Numbered from the stretch's first letter, positions 48,396 through 58,443 are shown. The stretch: 64,000 nt of DNA from Candidatus Micrarchaeota archaeon (GCA_038046765.1 JBBSVN010000012.1:57025-121024), one strand, 5' to 3'. Notes: generated from the sequence alone by a model not told the origin. Translations and numbers: made by a program.

Positions 48396-49200
48396 TTACT
48401 CCAAAACAACTTTTAGGAAATCTCTTGGGAAATAAGAGTCACAATGATCAGCACATAACACGTTCCATAATTCATGGTCGCTATGGCCTCCATCGGTAAG
48501 ATACCTTACTATTGGACGAATCAGGTTGTGTTTTGGTACTCCATTTTCAAGATCCCCCGAGTCTAAATCTAATCTTCTTTGTTCTAATTTGTTATCTGTT
48601 AATTTCGATGTAGGTAAACGCGTTTTAGGGTGTAATTTTCCAAAGCGGTTTAACATAAGATCTGTTGAAATCATTACGGATTTAGGTTGAATAACTACTG
48701 CGTCTTCTTTGCGGTATCCTTCATACCATATGTTTTCTGGATCAATTAATAAACCTAAATTTGGTACTCATATTGCTTCCTTTGGGATATCACTAGCTGG
48801 AATCACTATAATTCCATCTTTGTGCATAGGTCTACGAGGTTTTGTTTCTCCTGCTTTTCTTAAATTCTCATTATCATAAAACGCCGGATCAGTTACTCTT
48901 CTACATTCTTCGTGCCTGTCGACAAAATCTACTCCTTTAACAAATTTTCCACCTGCGGGTAAAACTAATAATTCTCTTTGTACTGTTGGGTAAAGTCTTT
49001 GGCAATATCGTTCATCTTCTCTAGTTTTTTTTACTTCTGTTTCGTACGTAATCCCTTAAAAAATCGTCATGCAAAACCATGCCTGCAAGTTTCTTTCCTA
49101 TTTGTTTTGAAATTTCATAAGCTTGTAAATAAGTTTGAACTCTAACTAGGTGACGTTCTTCTGTTTGATATCTTAATGCGATTGGTTTTCTAGTTTCCAT
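48396..49200 (-). pseudogene. Degraded hypothetical gene (two apparent frameshifts plus an in-frame TGA)
   Basis: ATG 49200 after GGTGG reads METRKPIALRYQ to TAG at codon 34; a second frame gives LAGMVLHDDFL; a third frame gives YPTVQRELLVLPAGGKF...IPKEAI*VPNLGLLIDP (TGA 48768-48770) and continues into ORF 48396-48674. Confidence 0.65.
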
Positions 49201-49300
49201 TTAACCACCAGTAATTATTTAGGGCAACAACAATTTTAAAATTAACACACAAACTCTTATCTGTTATATTTAAAATAACAATCGTTATATAATATTTAAC

Positions 49301-49879
49301 ATGTTAGAACGACTCTTTAAATCAAAAGCCGAAGTTGCCGTGCTAAATATAATTTTATTTTTCTAAGGATTACATTTAAGAGAAATTGCAAGGCGTGCCA
49401 ATACCTCTTCTTACGAGGCTAAACGTGAACTTGATAATCTTGTTTTTATGGGAATTTTAACTAAAGAAAAAAAAGGCAATCTTATCCTTTTTAATACCAA
49501 TAAAAATTGCAGTTTTCTCCAGGATCTAAAGAGTTTATTTGAAAAAATCGAGGGAATTATTACAAAAATCACGGATAAAATAAGAAAAACACATGGGATC
49601 ACGTATGCTTTAATTTTTGGAAGTGCTGCTTTAGGTAGGGCATCAGAAAAAAGTGATATAGATATTCTGGTCATTGGTTCAATCGAAGAAAATAATTTTT
49701 CAAAATCTATCTTTAAAGTCCAAAAAAAGGTAAAAAGGGAAATAAATTTCATTCTTTGGACTGAGCCTGATCTAAAAAAGAAAATCAAAGAACAAAGTAC
49801 CTTCTTAAAAAACATTGCAACGAATAAATATATCTGGATAAAAGGAGATATGGATGAATTTATCAGAATTACTAAATAA
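49301..49879 (+). pseudogene. wHTH-minimal nucleotidyltransferase (MNT antitoxin-like) gene interrupted by an in-frame TAA
   Basis: ATG 49301 reads MLERLFKSKAEVAVLNIILFF*GLHLREIARR, in frame with ORF 49448 (LIFGSAA..SDIDILVIG); TAA at 49364-49366. Confidence 0.8.
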
Positions 49880-49909
49880 TTGCCTAATTAAAAAATAAGT
49901 TCGATATTT

Positions 49910-50989
49910 ATGGGTCTACAAGAAAAACTAGCCGAACTTGAAAAAGAGCTTGGCCGAACGCAAAAAAATAAAGCAACCGAATTTCACATCGGAATCCTTA
50001 AATCGAAAATCGCACAGATACGAAAGGAACTTTTGATGCCTAAAAAAGGCGGTGCATCAGGCGGAGGATTCGATGTTAAAAAAAGCGGGGATGCAACAGT
50101 TGCAATAATCGGTTTGCCTAGCGTTGGTAAATCCACTCTTCTAACTAAGATTACAAAAGCAGAATCAAAAGTCGCTGCTTATGATTTTACTACTCTTACA
50201 TGTATTCCTGGAATTATGGAATATAAAAATGCAAAAATCCAGGTTTTAGATTTACCTGGAATTATCGAAGGGGCTAAGGAAGGAAAAGGAAGGGGTCGGG
50301 AAATTATCGCAGTTGCAAGGAGCGCAGACTTAATTTTAATCTTATTAGATGCTCAGCATCCTCATCAGTACCATATGATCGTAAACGAGCTTGAAGGATT
50401 CGGAATAAGGTTAAACAAATCGAAACCGAACATCGTAATTGGTAAAGGTGCTAAGGGCGGGATCAATATTGAAAAAACCGTAAAACTCACCAAAATAACT
50501 GAACGCGGGATTGTAGCCGTACTTAATGAATATGGAATTTATACTGCTGATATTGTTTTTAGAGTTGATGCTGGGGTCGATGAATTAATCGATGTATTAG
50601 ACGCTAATCGTGCCTATATTCCATCGATTGTTGCAGTTAATAAAATAGACTTAGTCAAAAATAAAAAAATCGATTTAGCCGTTCCCTACTTGGGTATATC
50701 TGCTGAAAAGGATGTTGGTATAGACGATTTAAAAGAGAAAATTTTCCAGGCATTAAAACTAATTAAAATATTCACAAAAAGACGGGGAGAAGATGCCGAT
50801 CTAAACGAACCGCTAATTGTTAAAAATGGAATAACTATTGCAGGAGTTTGTGATTCGCTTCACCGAGACTTAAAACGCGATTTCAAATTCGCTTTAGTTT
50901 GGGGTAAAAGTGCAAAACATCCTGGTCAAAGAGTTGGCTTAGAACATATTCTAAAAGACGGGGATATCGTACAGATTGTAAAAAAATAG
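49910..50989 (+). CDS. DRG-family (OBG superfamily) GTPase with TGS domain
   Basis: TQKNKATEFH, GLPSVGKST, YDFTTL, DLPGIIEGA, NKID, GDIVQI. Confidence 0.95.
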   Translation: MGLQEKLAELEKELGRTQKNKATEFHIGILKSKIAQIRKELLMPKKGGASGGGFDVKKSGDATVAIIGLPSVGKSTLLTKITKAESKVAAYDFTTLTCIPGIMEYKNAKIQVLDLPGIIEGAKEGKGRGREIIAVARSADLILILLDAQHPHQYHMIVNELEGFGIRLNKSKPNIVIGKGAKGGINIEKTVKLTKITERGIVAVLNEYGIYTADIVFRVDAGVDELIDVLDANRAYIPSIVAVNKIDLVKNKKIDLAVPYLGISAEKDVGIDDLKEKIFQALKLIKIFTKRRGEDADLNEPLIVKNGITIAGVCDSLHRDLKRDFKFALVWGKSAKHPGQRVGLEHILKDGDIVQIVKK

Positions 50990-50991
50990 TG

Positions 50992-51939
50992 CTATTCTGT
51001 ATCTTTATTAGTTGTTGTAGCGGTAGTAGTTATATCGACTTTTGCTACCTTACCAAATGGCTTGATAGCTCGATATTCTTCTTCTGAAATTAGCCTAATT
51101 TCTGGTGCGCATTGTCCTTGGTTAAGATTTTCTCCTCCACCCATTTTCGCACTACAATCTGGTCTTCTATTTGTTTCATAAACAAGTGCGTGCATTTGCG
51201 GGTTTAATTTTGCAAGAACCCCATCAATAAATTCTCCTATTTTTTTCTTCCTTTTTCCCATCCAGGTTTCTATTTCTGGTTTTTTCCTTTTTTTATCTCC
51301 TGGTTCTGGTATGTCACCCAAAATTTCCTGATTTGGCAGGCGTATTGATGCGGAGAAAAATTTTTCTTCATATGAAAATTTCACTACTGTATATATTCGG
51401 GGTGTAGTATATTTGCCATCTCTTTCACTATAAGGACTGCCAATTTTTACTTTAAATTCTATTCCATTCCTTTTGATTTTCCCTCCATCTTTAACTAATC
51501 TGACATGCCCGCCTATTAATTGCATAAATTCTGCTTGAACTTCTTGTAATATTTCGCGCACATCTGTATCATTTTCCCCAGCAGTTTTTTGCAATTTTTC
51601 AACTAGTTTCTGCTTATTATCTGGGGTTAGTTTAGACCAATCAATAATTTCAAGAAGTCGGTTTAAATATTCTTGGTTTGTTTCTTCTTTTTTTGCATCA
51701 CATTTACAATTCGTTTCCCTGATTCTTATTGTATCAAAATTTCTACAAATCGTTTCTGCCATAAGTTCTGTTGCAGCGCTGCTAATTAGAGTTCTTTTTT
51801 CTTCGGGTATATCTACTGATCTTATTGTTGTAACTGCACCAGCTGTAAAACTTGCACCAAGCATAGCTAATCCAAGAGTAGTATTTCTAAAAAAATTTGT
51901 TTGTCCTTGTGTGCTTCTTTTTCTTGTCATCGTTATCAC
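50992..51939 (-). CDS. Hypothetical protein with N-terminal hydrophobic segment
   Basis: Long ORF; LGLAMLGASFTAGAV segment; no family recognised. Confidence 0.55.
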   Translation of the reverse strand: MITMTRKRSTQGQTNFFRNTTLGLAMLGASFTAGAVTTIRSVDIPEEKRTLISSAATELMAETICRNFDTIRIRETNCKCDAKKEETNQEYLNRLLEIIDWSKLTPDNKQKLVEKLQKTAGENDTDVREILQEVQAEFMQLIGGHVRLVKDGGKIKRNGIEFKVKIGSPYSERDGKYTTPRIYTVVKFSYEEKFFSASIRLPNQEILGDIPEPGDKKRKKPEIETWMGKRKKKIGEFIDGVLAKLNPQMHALVYETNRRPDCSAKMGGGENLNQGQCAPEIRLISEEEYRAIKPFGKVAKVDITTTATTTNKDTE

Positions 51940-52046
51940 TAATTTATAGTTATATAATATGCACGTTCAAGTTTTTAAAGGTATTGCTTTCGATGTAAGG
52001 AAGTGGGGTTTATCAAAATCTGATTACAAGAGTAAAATTATATACT

Positions 52047-52065
52047 TTAGGTGTGCCTAACTTAG
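52047..52065 (+). promoter_or_regulatory. DtxR/IdeR/MntR-like metal-responsive operator upstream of sod
   Basis: TTAGGTGTGCCTAACTTAG contains the palindrome TTAGG-N4-CCTAA and matches 15/19 positions of TWAGGTWAGSCTWACCTWA; it lies just 3' of the BRE/TATA-like GTAAAA-TTATATA (52032-52044). Confidence 0.6.
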
Positions 52066-52153
52066 CAGTGAGCAATGGGCTTTGAGCCATGAGCCACCAA
52101 GCGAATAGAATTGCGTAGCTCAATGCACAAGGCACAATAGCCCAAAGCTAATC
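52061..52153. repeat. Inverted arrays of degenerate heptamers forming a long hairpin in the sod leader
   Basis: Left arm CTTAGC-AGTGAGC-AATGGGC-TTTGAGC-CATGAGC; right arm GCTCAAT-GCACAAG-GCACAAT-A-GCCCAAA-GCTAATC. Confidence 0.65.
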
Positions 52154-52167
52154 AAAGAGGGATATCT

Positions 52168-52785
52168 ATGTCATTTGAAAAACACATCGCAGTAGATTAT
52201 GCAAAAGTAAAACCAAGTGTAATGAAAATGCAGGGAATTAGCGAGTTAACTATGCTTGAGCATTTCAAACTTTACAATGGTTATGTAAACAAATACAATG
52301 AAATTATGGAAGAAACAGCCAAATTAACTAACGATGAAGTTAAAGCTGGTCAGATAACTTTTAGTAAAATCCGTTCGCTTAAAACTGCACTCGCATTTGC
52401 AATTGGAGGCGTATTAAATCACGAAGTTTACTTTAGTAATCTTGGGGGAAATGGAGGCAAGCCAAGCGGAACGTTATTAACCCATATCGAAAAAGATTTC
52501 GGGTCTTTTGAACGATTCGAAGCTGAAATTCGTGGTACTGCAATGGGTGCTAGAGGCTGGGCATTTTTAATTTATCAGCACGATCTAAAACGACTTATTG
52601 TTATGATCGGAGATGATCAGTCAACTTTCCCAGTTCATAATTCAAATTTGCTTTTAGCATGTGATGTTTATGAACATGCATACTATCTAGATCATAAAAC
52701 TGCACGTGCAGCATATCTGGATGCATTTTTCAAGAATGTCGATTGGAAAGATGTTGAAGCAAGGTTTGAGAAAGCAGTCAAGTAG
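52168..52785 (+). CDS. sod: Fe/Mn superoxide dismutase
   Basis: EHFKLY, LNHEVYF, IEKDFGSFE, CDVYEHAYY. Confidence 0.92.
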   Translation: MSFEKHIAVDYAKVKPSVMKMQGISELTMLEHFKLYNGYVNKYNEIMEETAKLTNDEVKAGQITFSKIRSLKTALAFAIGGVLNHEVYFSNLGGNGGKPSGTLLTHIEKDFGSFERFEAEIRGTAMGARGWAFLIYQHDLKRLIVMIGDDQSTFPVHNSNLLLACDVYEHAYYLDHKTARAAYLDAFFKNVDWKDVEARFEKAVK

Positions 52786-52845
52786 TATTGACTCTTTTTT
52801 ACTTTTTCTAAAACTATTAAAAATTCTTCTGTTCAATCTTTATTT

Positions 52846-53379
52846 ATGGCAATACTTAAAAGACGGTCTATTGATTCTTTTCAAACTAAAAGTATTACTG
52901 CATTTAGAGGCGAACCTATTGCGACAGAACCACTAGTTCGGGATGAAAAAAGCGAAAAACGCGCTGCACTCCATAAGAAACTTGAAGAAGTAAAATCTGA
53001 TGAAAGACGAATTTTTAGACAAATGTCTGCTCAAAGAGAAATTTTAGGTGGGATGTCCGGATTTGACGAAGAGTTCGATCGAGAACGAATTAAAAAAATA
53101 AAAAACTCATTTCCACTTTATGAAAAATTATTTAATCATCTGCCACAGTTTGTTGGTGCCACAGTTGTCACAAGTCTTATTTTTCTATTTGAATCAAATC
53201 TTAGTGTTGCTATTCAATTAAGTGGGATTTCCCTGATTAGTTTATGTGTTTATCCCTGGTTACTAAAATCATTGGTTCTAGAAAAAATTGCAGCAGATAA
53301 TTTTCCTTATGCTTATAAAAATTGGTTAATCTTAGTTCGTGAAAGAGAAGAAATCAAAGAACAATTAATGGAAGACTAG
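52846..53379 (+). CDS. Hypothetical membrane protein
   Basis: Charged N-terminal half plus two hydrophobic helices. Confidence 0.5.
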   Translation: MAILKRRSIDSFQTKSITAFRGEPIATEPLVRDEKSEKRAALHKKLEEVKSDERRIFRQMSAQREILGGMSGFDEEFDRERIKKIKNSFPLYEKLFNHLPQFVGATVVTSLIFLFESNLSVAIQLSGISLISLCVYPWLLKSLVLEKIAADNFPYAYKNWLILVREREEIKEQLMED

Positions 53380-53380
53380 C

Positions 53381-54232
53381 TTACTTTTTGTTTTGCATTC
53401 GTCCTGCTTTCACTGTATTGGCAATCAACATCGCAACAGTCATTGGTCCAACTCCACCAGGAACTGGTGAACAGTTTGCTTTTTTTATTACATTGACAAA
53501 ATCAACGTCTCCAGTCAATTTTTCTTCTATACGTGTTGTTCCAACATCGATTATGTACGTTCCCTCCTTTACCATATCTGCCTTTACCAATTTAGGAACC
53601 CCTGTAGCTGCAATAATTAAATCTGCACTTTTAGTAAAATCCTTCAAGTTTTTAGTCGCGCTGTGGCAAATCGTAACTGTCGCGTTTCTATGTAACAAAA
53701 GCATTGCAATCGGTTTACCTACAATATTACTTCTTCCAATAACAACTGCATTTTTACCAGATAATTCTATCTTATAATAATCTAGCATCGCCATAATTCC
53801 GCTTGGAGTCGCGCAAGCAAGCATCGAATCATCTAAAATATTTATCATTAATTTTCCCATGTTTTGCGGGCTAAATCCATCGACATCTTTTTTTGATGAA
53901 ATAGCTTCCAGGACCTTTTGCGTATTCATATGTTTTGGAAGAGGTGTCTGAACTATAAAACCTGTGACCTTTTTGTCATTATTTAATCGTTCAATTAGTT
54001 CAAGCAGTTCGTTTTCCTTTGCAGTTTCTGGTAATCTATAAACTTCTGCATCTATTCCGATCTCTTTCGCAGTTTTTTCCTTTTTACTAACATATACCTC
54101 GCTAGGCGGGTTGGAACCAACTAATACAATTCCTAGTTTGGGTTTAGTTGGTAACTGCGAAACTTCCGTCTTTGCGTTTTCCAATATTGCTTTAGCTGGT
54201 TCCTTACCAGAAAGGATTTGAAAATTAGTCAT
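53381..54232 (-). CDS. folD: Methylenetetrahydrofolate dehydrogenase/cyclohydrolase
   Basis: YVSKK, KDVDGF, IGRSNIVGKP, IDVG, SPVPGGVGPMT. Confidence 0.97.
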   Translation of the reverse strand: MTNFQILSGKEPAKAILENAKTEVSQLPTKPKLGIVLVGSNPPSEVYVSKKEKTAKEIGIDAEVYRLPETAKENELLELIERLNNDKKVTGFIVQTPLPKHMNTQKVLEAISSKKDVDGFSPQNMGKLMINILDDSMLACATPSGIMAMLDYYKIELSGKNAVVIGRSNIVGKPIAMLLLHRNATVTICHSATKNLKDFTKSADLIIAATGVPKLVKADMVKEGTYIIDVGTTRIEEKLTGDVDFVNVIKKANCSPVPGGVGPMTVAMLIANTVKAGRMQNKK

Positions 54233-54283
54233 AAAATATATTGAACCAATTAGTATTTAATTTATACATTCTTATCTTATCTT

Positions 54284-57040
54284 ATGCCATCCTTAGTACA
54301 AAAGTCAAAATCATTATCTGGTCAAAAATTAGCTACTTATCTGCACCTGGCACAAGACAGTGAAACATTCTGGGCAGCTATAATTGTTTTTCTTGGTGCT
54401 CTATTTCTTATAAGTAGTTTTCCCTTTTATCCTATCTATATTACTATAATACTTGCATTAATTTGCGGTTTTATTGCGTCAAAAGATCCTAAATTCGGAA
54501 CGCTTTTAAGTATGCTTTTTGCATTTCCAGCAGTTGCTTACCAATCGCCGCTATTAACCTGGGTTTTTGTCTTAGCAATCGCGCTTACTCTTTTTGAAAT
54601 GTTTCAAAATTGGGTTTTGGTGTCGCTACTTCAAATATTTATTCTTGCGCCATTTGCTTTTGGTGCTTCGCCAATTATTGGCTGGATTTCGATTTTAGGT
54701 ATTGTTTTTTGTAGTATGCATTTTGGGTCTAGAAAAAGTGTATTTATTTCCCTTCCTGCAATTTATATGATTTTATTTTTATCCGCAGCCTGGTTAATTC
54801 CAAACGGATTATTTTTACCTATAAAATCAACATTATATTCTCCTGCATTTTCCGGATTTTTACTAAGTAAGGGCGAAGTTGGAATAATGGAAATTCCATC
54901 AGAAATCGCACGTTCACTTTCAAATGTTTTTAGTGTGCAGGTTCTTTTAACTGTAAACGATGCTCTTTCTCAGACATTAGATAATACTGTAAAATTATTA
55001 TTTAGTGATTCAGCTCTGCTTCAGTTATCTGCATGGGGTATAGTAATTTATCTTATAAGTTATCTATCAGGAGAAATCAAAGGTAAAAGAAAAGAAACAA
55101 TTGCAAGCCTCACACTCTTACTTTTGATTCCAATATACTATGCAATTTCAAAAATCTATCTATTTGAATTTAACCTGGGTTTTGTTGCTGGTATCATTCT
55201 GACTATTTTCGTAGTTGCATTATCAGAACAATTAGGTTTGCAGTTAAGCAGAGAAGCACAAATTCGCAGGAGCGATAAAACAAAGCAGTTTGGAAAATTT
55301 GGTATTTCTGATGTTGCTGCAAGTGATAGTGAAAAATCACTTGATGATGTTGGGGGTTATGAAGATGTAAAACAAGAATTACGCGATTCTATTTTGCTTC
55401 CACTCGAAAAGAAAGAAGTCTCCTATGCATACAACATTAAACCTCCTTCTGGTATTTTGTTATTTGGTCCTCCTGGTACTGGTAAAACAATGCTTATGCG
55501 TGCTCTAGCTAAAGAAATAAAATATGGATTTTATTATATTAAAAGTAGTGATATTTTGAGTCAATGGTTCGGTGAAAGTGAAAAAAACGTTAGTGAACTC
55601 TTTTCAATAGCAAGAAAGCAGGCTCCATGTATTTTGTTTTTTGATGAAATCGATGCATTAGGTAAGAAAAGAACCGGATACTCAACTGACGAAGTAACTC
55701 CCCGTGTTCTTACAACTCTCTTGCAGGAAATGGATGGCCTAAAAAACAATAAAAAACCTATTTTAGTAATGGGAGCTACAAATATCCCGCAACAATTAGA
55801 TCCTGCGCTTTTACGGCCTGGACGATTTGATAAAATTATTTACATGCATTTACCTGATTTAGCTGCACGGTTTGCAATAATTAAAGTACACACAAATAAA
55901 GTTCCATTAAGTCCAGATATTGATTTTAATGTTATCGCTAAAAAAACCGAGAGATTTTCAGGAGCTGATTTAAAGAATTTATGCGATGAATCAATAAAAA
56001 TCGCAGCTAAAGAAGCTTCTAAAGTTGATAAAATCGTTCCAATAAATATGGCGCACTTCTTATCTGTACTTAGTTACACCAAACCAAGTACTGGTCTTGC
56101 GACTATTGATGAGTACGATCAGTTCAAACTTGATTTCGAGCGAAGTTCAACTGGACAAACCAAATCCAAGGAAGATGTTGATACAATTAAATGGGCTGAT
56201 GTTGCTGGTTTAAACGCAGTTAAAAAAGCATTGCTTGAAACTATCGAACTTCCTTTACTATACGAAAAAGAAATGAAAGAACTAAAGATAAAACCAAGTA
56301 AGGGTGTCCTTCTTTTTGGTCCACCTGGTACTGGTAAAACTTTAATTGTTCGAGCTGCAAGCAGCGAACTAAAAGCCAGTTTCCAATTAATAACTCCAGC
56401 CGAATTAATGAAACAAGGTTATACTCAGGCGGTTAACGTTTTAAAGGAAATTTTTAATCGGGCTAAGGAGAACACTCCTGCAATTATCTTTGTTGATGAA
56501 ATTGAAACATTCGCTCCAGCTAGGGGTATGGGAAGTAACGAAGTTTTAGGTCAATTCTTAACTGAATTAGACGGGATAAAAGAACTTCGGGGGGTTGTAG
56601 TAATTGCTGCGACAAATCGTCCTGCTGCATTAGATCCCGCGGTGTTACGGCCTGGGAGGTTTGATAAATTATTTTATATCTCTGCTCCAAATCAAAAAGA
56701 TCGGGAAGATATATTTGCAATTCATTTGGGTACTTTTGCCGGACAGGTTGATCTAAGTGAACTTGCAAGCGCAACTCCTGGATTTAGCGGCGCTGACATT
56801 GCAAGCATAGCTCAGGAAATTAAAATGCAGGCACTACGATCTAAAATAAGTAAAAAGGAATTTGAAATTGATACGGGCTATATATTGAAGTTGATTCGAA
56901 CTCGGCGTCCATCAATTACAAAACCAATGCTTGAAGAATACGAAAAATTCTTGGAAGTTTATGGGGAACGCTCTGGTTTATCCGAAGATTCGGATGATAA
57001 TTCTAAGGGCGATTCTAAAGAGGATACACATTACAGATAG
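54284..57040 (+). CDS. Polytopic membrane protein fused to two Cdc48-like AAA+ ATPase domains
   Basis: About 320 aa multi-TM N-terminus; two GPPGTGKT Walker A motifs; Walker B FFDEID and FVDEIE; SRH LDPALLRPGRFDK and LDPAVLRPGRFDK. Confidence 0.88.
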   Translation: MPSLVQKSKSLSGQKLATYLHLAQDSETFWAAIIVFLGALFLISSFPFYPIYITIILALICGFIASKDPKFGTLLSMLFAFPAVAYQSPLLTWVFVLAIALTLFEMFQNWVLVSLLQIFILAPFAFGASPIIGWISILGIVFCSMHFGSRKSVFISLPAIYMILFLSAAWLIPNGLFLPIKSTLYSPAFSGFLLSKGEVGIMEIPSEIARSLSNVFSVQVLLTVNDALSQTLDNTVKLLFSDSALLQLSAWGIVIYLISYLSGEIKGKRKETIASLTLLLLIPIYYAISKIYLFEFNLGFVAGIILTIFVVALSEQLGLQLSREAQIRRSDKTKQFGKFGISDVAASDSEKSLDDVGGYEDVKQELRDSILLPLEKKEVSYAYNIKPPSGILLFGPPGTGKTMLMRALAKEIKYGFYYIKSSDILSQWFGESEKNVSELFSIARKQAPCILFFDEIDALGKKRTGYSTDEVTPRVLTTLLQEMDGLKNNKKPILVMGATNIPQQLDPALLRPGRFDKIIYMHLPDLAARFAIIKVHTNKVPLSPDIDFNVIAKKTERFSGADLKNLCDESIKIAAKEASKVDKIVPINMAHFLSVLSYTKPSTGLATIDEYDQFKLDFERSSTGQTKSKEDVDTIKWADVAGLNAVKKALLETIELPLLYEKEMKELKIKPSKGVLLFGPPGTGKTLIVRAASSELKASFQLITPAELMKQGYTQAVNVLKEIFNRAKENTPAIIFVDEIETFAPARGMGSNEVLGQFLTELDGIKELRGVVVIAATNRPAALDPAVLRPGRFDKLFYISAPNQKDREDIFAIHLGTFAGQVDLSELASATPGFSGADIASIAQEIKMQALRSKISKKEFEIDTGYILKLIRTRRPSITKPMLEEYEKFLEVYGERSGLSEDSDDNSKGDSKEDTHYR

Positions 57041-57046
57041 ATTCTT

Positions 57047-57748
57047 ATGTCATTTAAATTTACAGAAAGCCGACTTTATTATACAGTTCTGGTTATATTA
57101 CTCTTACTTAATGTAACTATCTTCTTACCCCCATTTCTAATCTTTGCTGGCTACGAACAAGCTGGTGCTGCACTTTATAATTTACATAACTATGATCATC
57201 AGTGGATATATCGATCGGAATGTTTGATGAAAGACGCACAAGGAGCATATTCTTATGAAGACTGTATACTTCAAGGTAAAGAAAGCGAAGCAAAGATCTT
57301 TACGCTGTACACGACAAATGGAGACTCAAAATATACGAATGTTAGTTTTTCGCAATATAAACAGAGCCAGATCGGCATAAACAAGGCCGAAAAAGTCGAG
57401 CGAAACGGAAAAGTTGGTTACAAATTTGCGAATGATACTCGTGATTATGCTATTTATTTACCCTGGTTTTTAGTAATGCTAATCTATCCATTTGTGATAA
57501 AGAAAGCAGATATCAATGTACCAGATGGATTATGGTTTATTATCGCATTAATTCCGATTGGGATTGATGGCACAACTCAGTTACTAGCTGGTATTTTTAA
57601 CAACACGAGTTATTACTGGTTATATTCATTTGGGTTAGCTGAAAGCACAAACCTTATCAGGTGGATTACTGGAGCCATTGCGGGAATTGCTGCTGGATAT
57701 TATACGGTTCCATTGTTAAACAGGATAGGATTTAAGAAAAAAGATTAA
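57047..57748 (+). CDS. Membrane protein, DUF2085-like
   Basis: LIPIGIDGTTQL and TNLIRWITGAIAG motifs; the usual Cys positions appear replaced (YDHQ, NDTRD). Confidence 0.55.
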   Translation: MSFKFTESRLYYTVLVILLLLNVTIFLPPFLIFAGYEQAGAALYNLHNYDHQWIYRSECLMKDAQGAYSYEDCILQGKESEAKIFTLYTTNGDSKYTNVSFSQYKQSQIGINKAEKVERNGKVGYKFANDTRDYAIYLPWFLVMLIYPFVIKKADINVPDGLWFIIALIPIGIDGTTQLLAGIFNNTSYYWLYSFGLAESTNLIRWITGAIAGIAAGYYTVPLLNRIGFKKKD

Positions 57749-57807
57749 TTCATGCATAGTAAACGTTTTAAACATATTGCACGTAATATACTTATTGGTG
57801 ATTTTCC

Positions 57808-58035
57808 ATGGTAAGTATAACATTAGCCGTTCCAAGTGAGTTAAAAAAAGATATGGATGAGTTTCCGGATATTAACTGGTCAGCTGTAGCTAGATCTGCA
57901 ATAAAACAGAAAGTAATTCTACTTAAAAAATTCAGGGAATTTACTAAGGATAGCACAATGACGCAAGAAGATGCTTTAAGACTTGGGAAATTAGTTAACG
58001 AAGGCTTAGCCAAAAGATACAAGAAGGATGCTTAA
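57808..58035 (+). CDS. Putative RHH-type antitoxin
   Basis: MVSITLAVPSELK..FPDINWSAVARSAI; paralog of 38568. Confidence 0.8.
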   Translation: MVSITLAVPSELKKDMDEFPDINWSAVARSAIKQKVILLKKFREFTKDSTMTQEDALRLGKLVNEGLAKRYKKDA

Positions 58036-58443
58036 ATGGAATTAATTGTAGATGCGAATATTGTATTTGCTGCTCTAGTAAAGGAAGGATTGACGATTGA
58101 ACTACTTCTTGAACCAGAGTTACATTTATCTGCTCCAGAATTTCTTTTTGAAGAAATTGAAAAACACAAAGAAGAGATATTTAAGAAAACACATCGAACT
58201 AAAGAGGAAGTAGAAGAACTGCTAGAAATCCTGAAAATAAAAATTGACATTATACCTAAAGAAAGTTTTGAAGTCTTTTTGGAACATTCAGAAAAAATTT
58301 CTCCAGATCCAAATGATTGTGCTTATTTTGCACTTGCATTAAAACTTCGGATTCCAATCTGGACTAACGAACGCGATCTAAAAGAAAAACAATCTACTGT
58401 TAAAGTTTACAATACTAAGGATTTATTTGAGATGTTGATATGA
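58036..58443 (+). CDS. PIN-domain toxin
   Basis: LIVDANIVFAAL, PDPNDCAYFALAL, IWTNERDL. Confidence 0.88.
   Translation: MELIVDANIVFAALVKEGLTIELLLEPELHLSAPEFLFEEIEKHKEEIFKKTHRTKEEVEELLEILKIKIDIIPKESFEVFLEHSEKISPDPNDCAYFALALKLRIPIWTNERDLKEKQSTVKVYNTKDLFEMLI

Noticed and set aside
48396..49200. Possible diversity-generating retroelement target, or TGA recoding
   Set aside because: No reverse transcriptase or template repeat in the window; TGA terminates conserved genes here (e.g. cysS, DP1), and the gene also has frameshifts.
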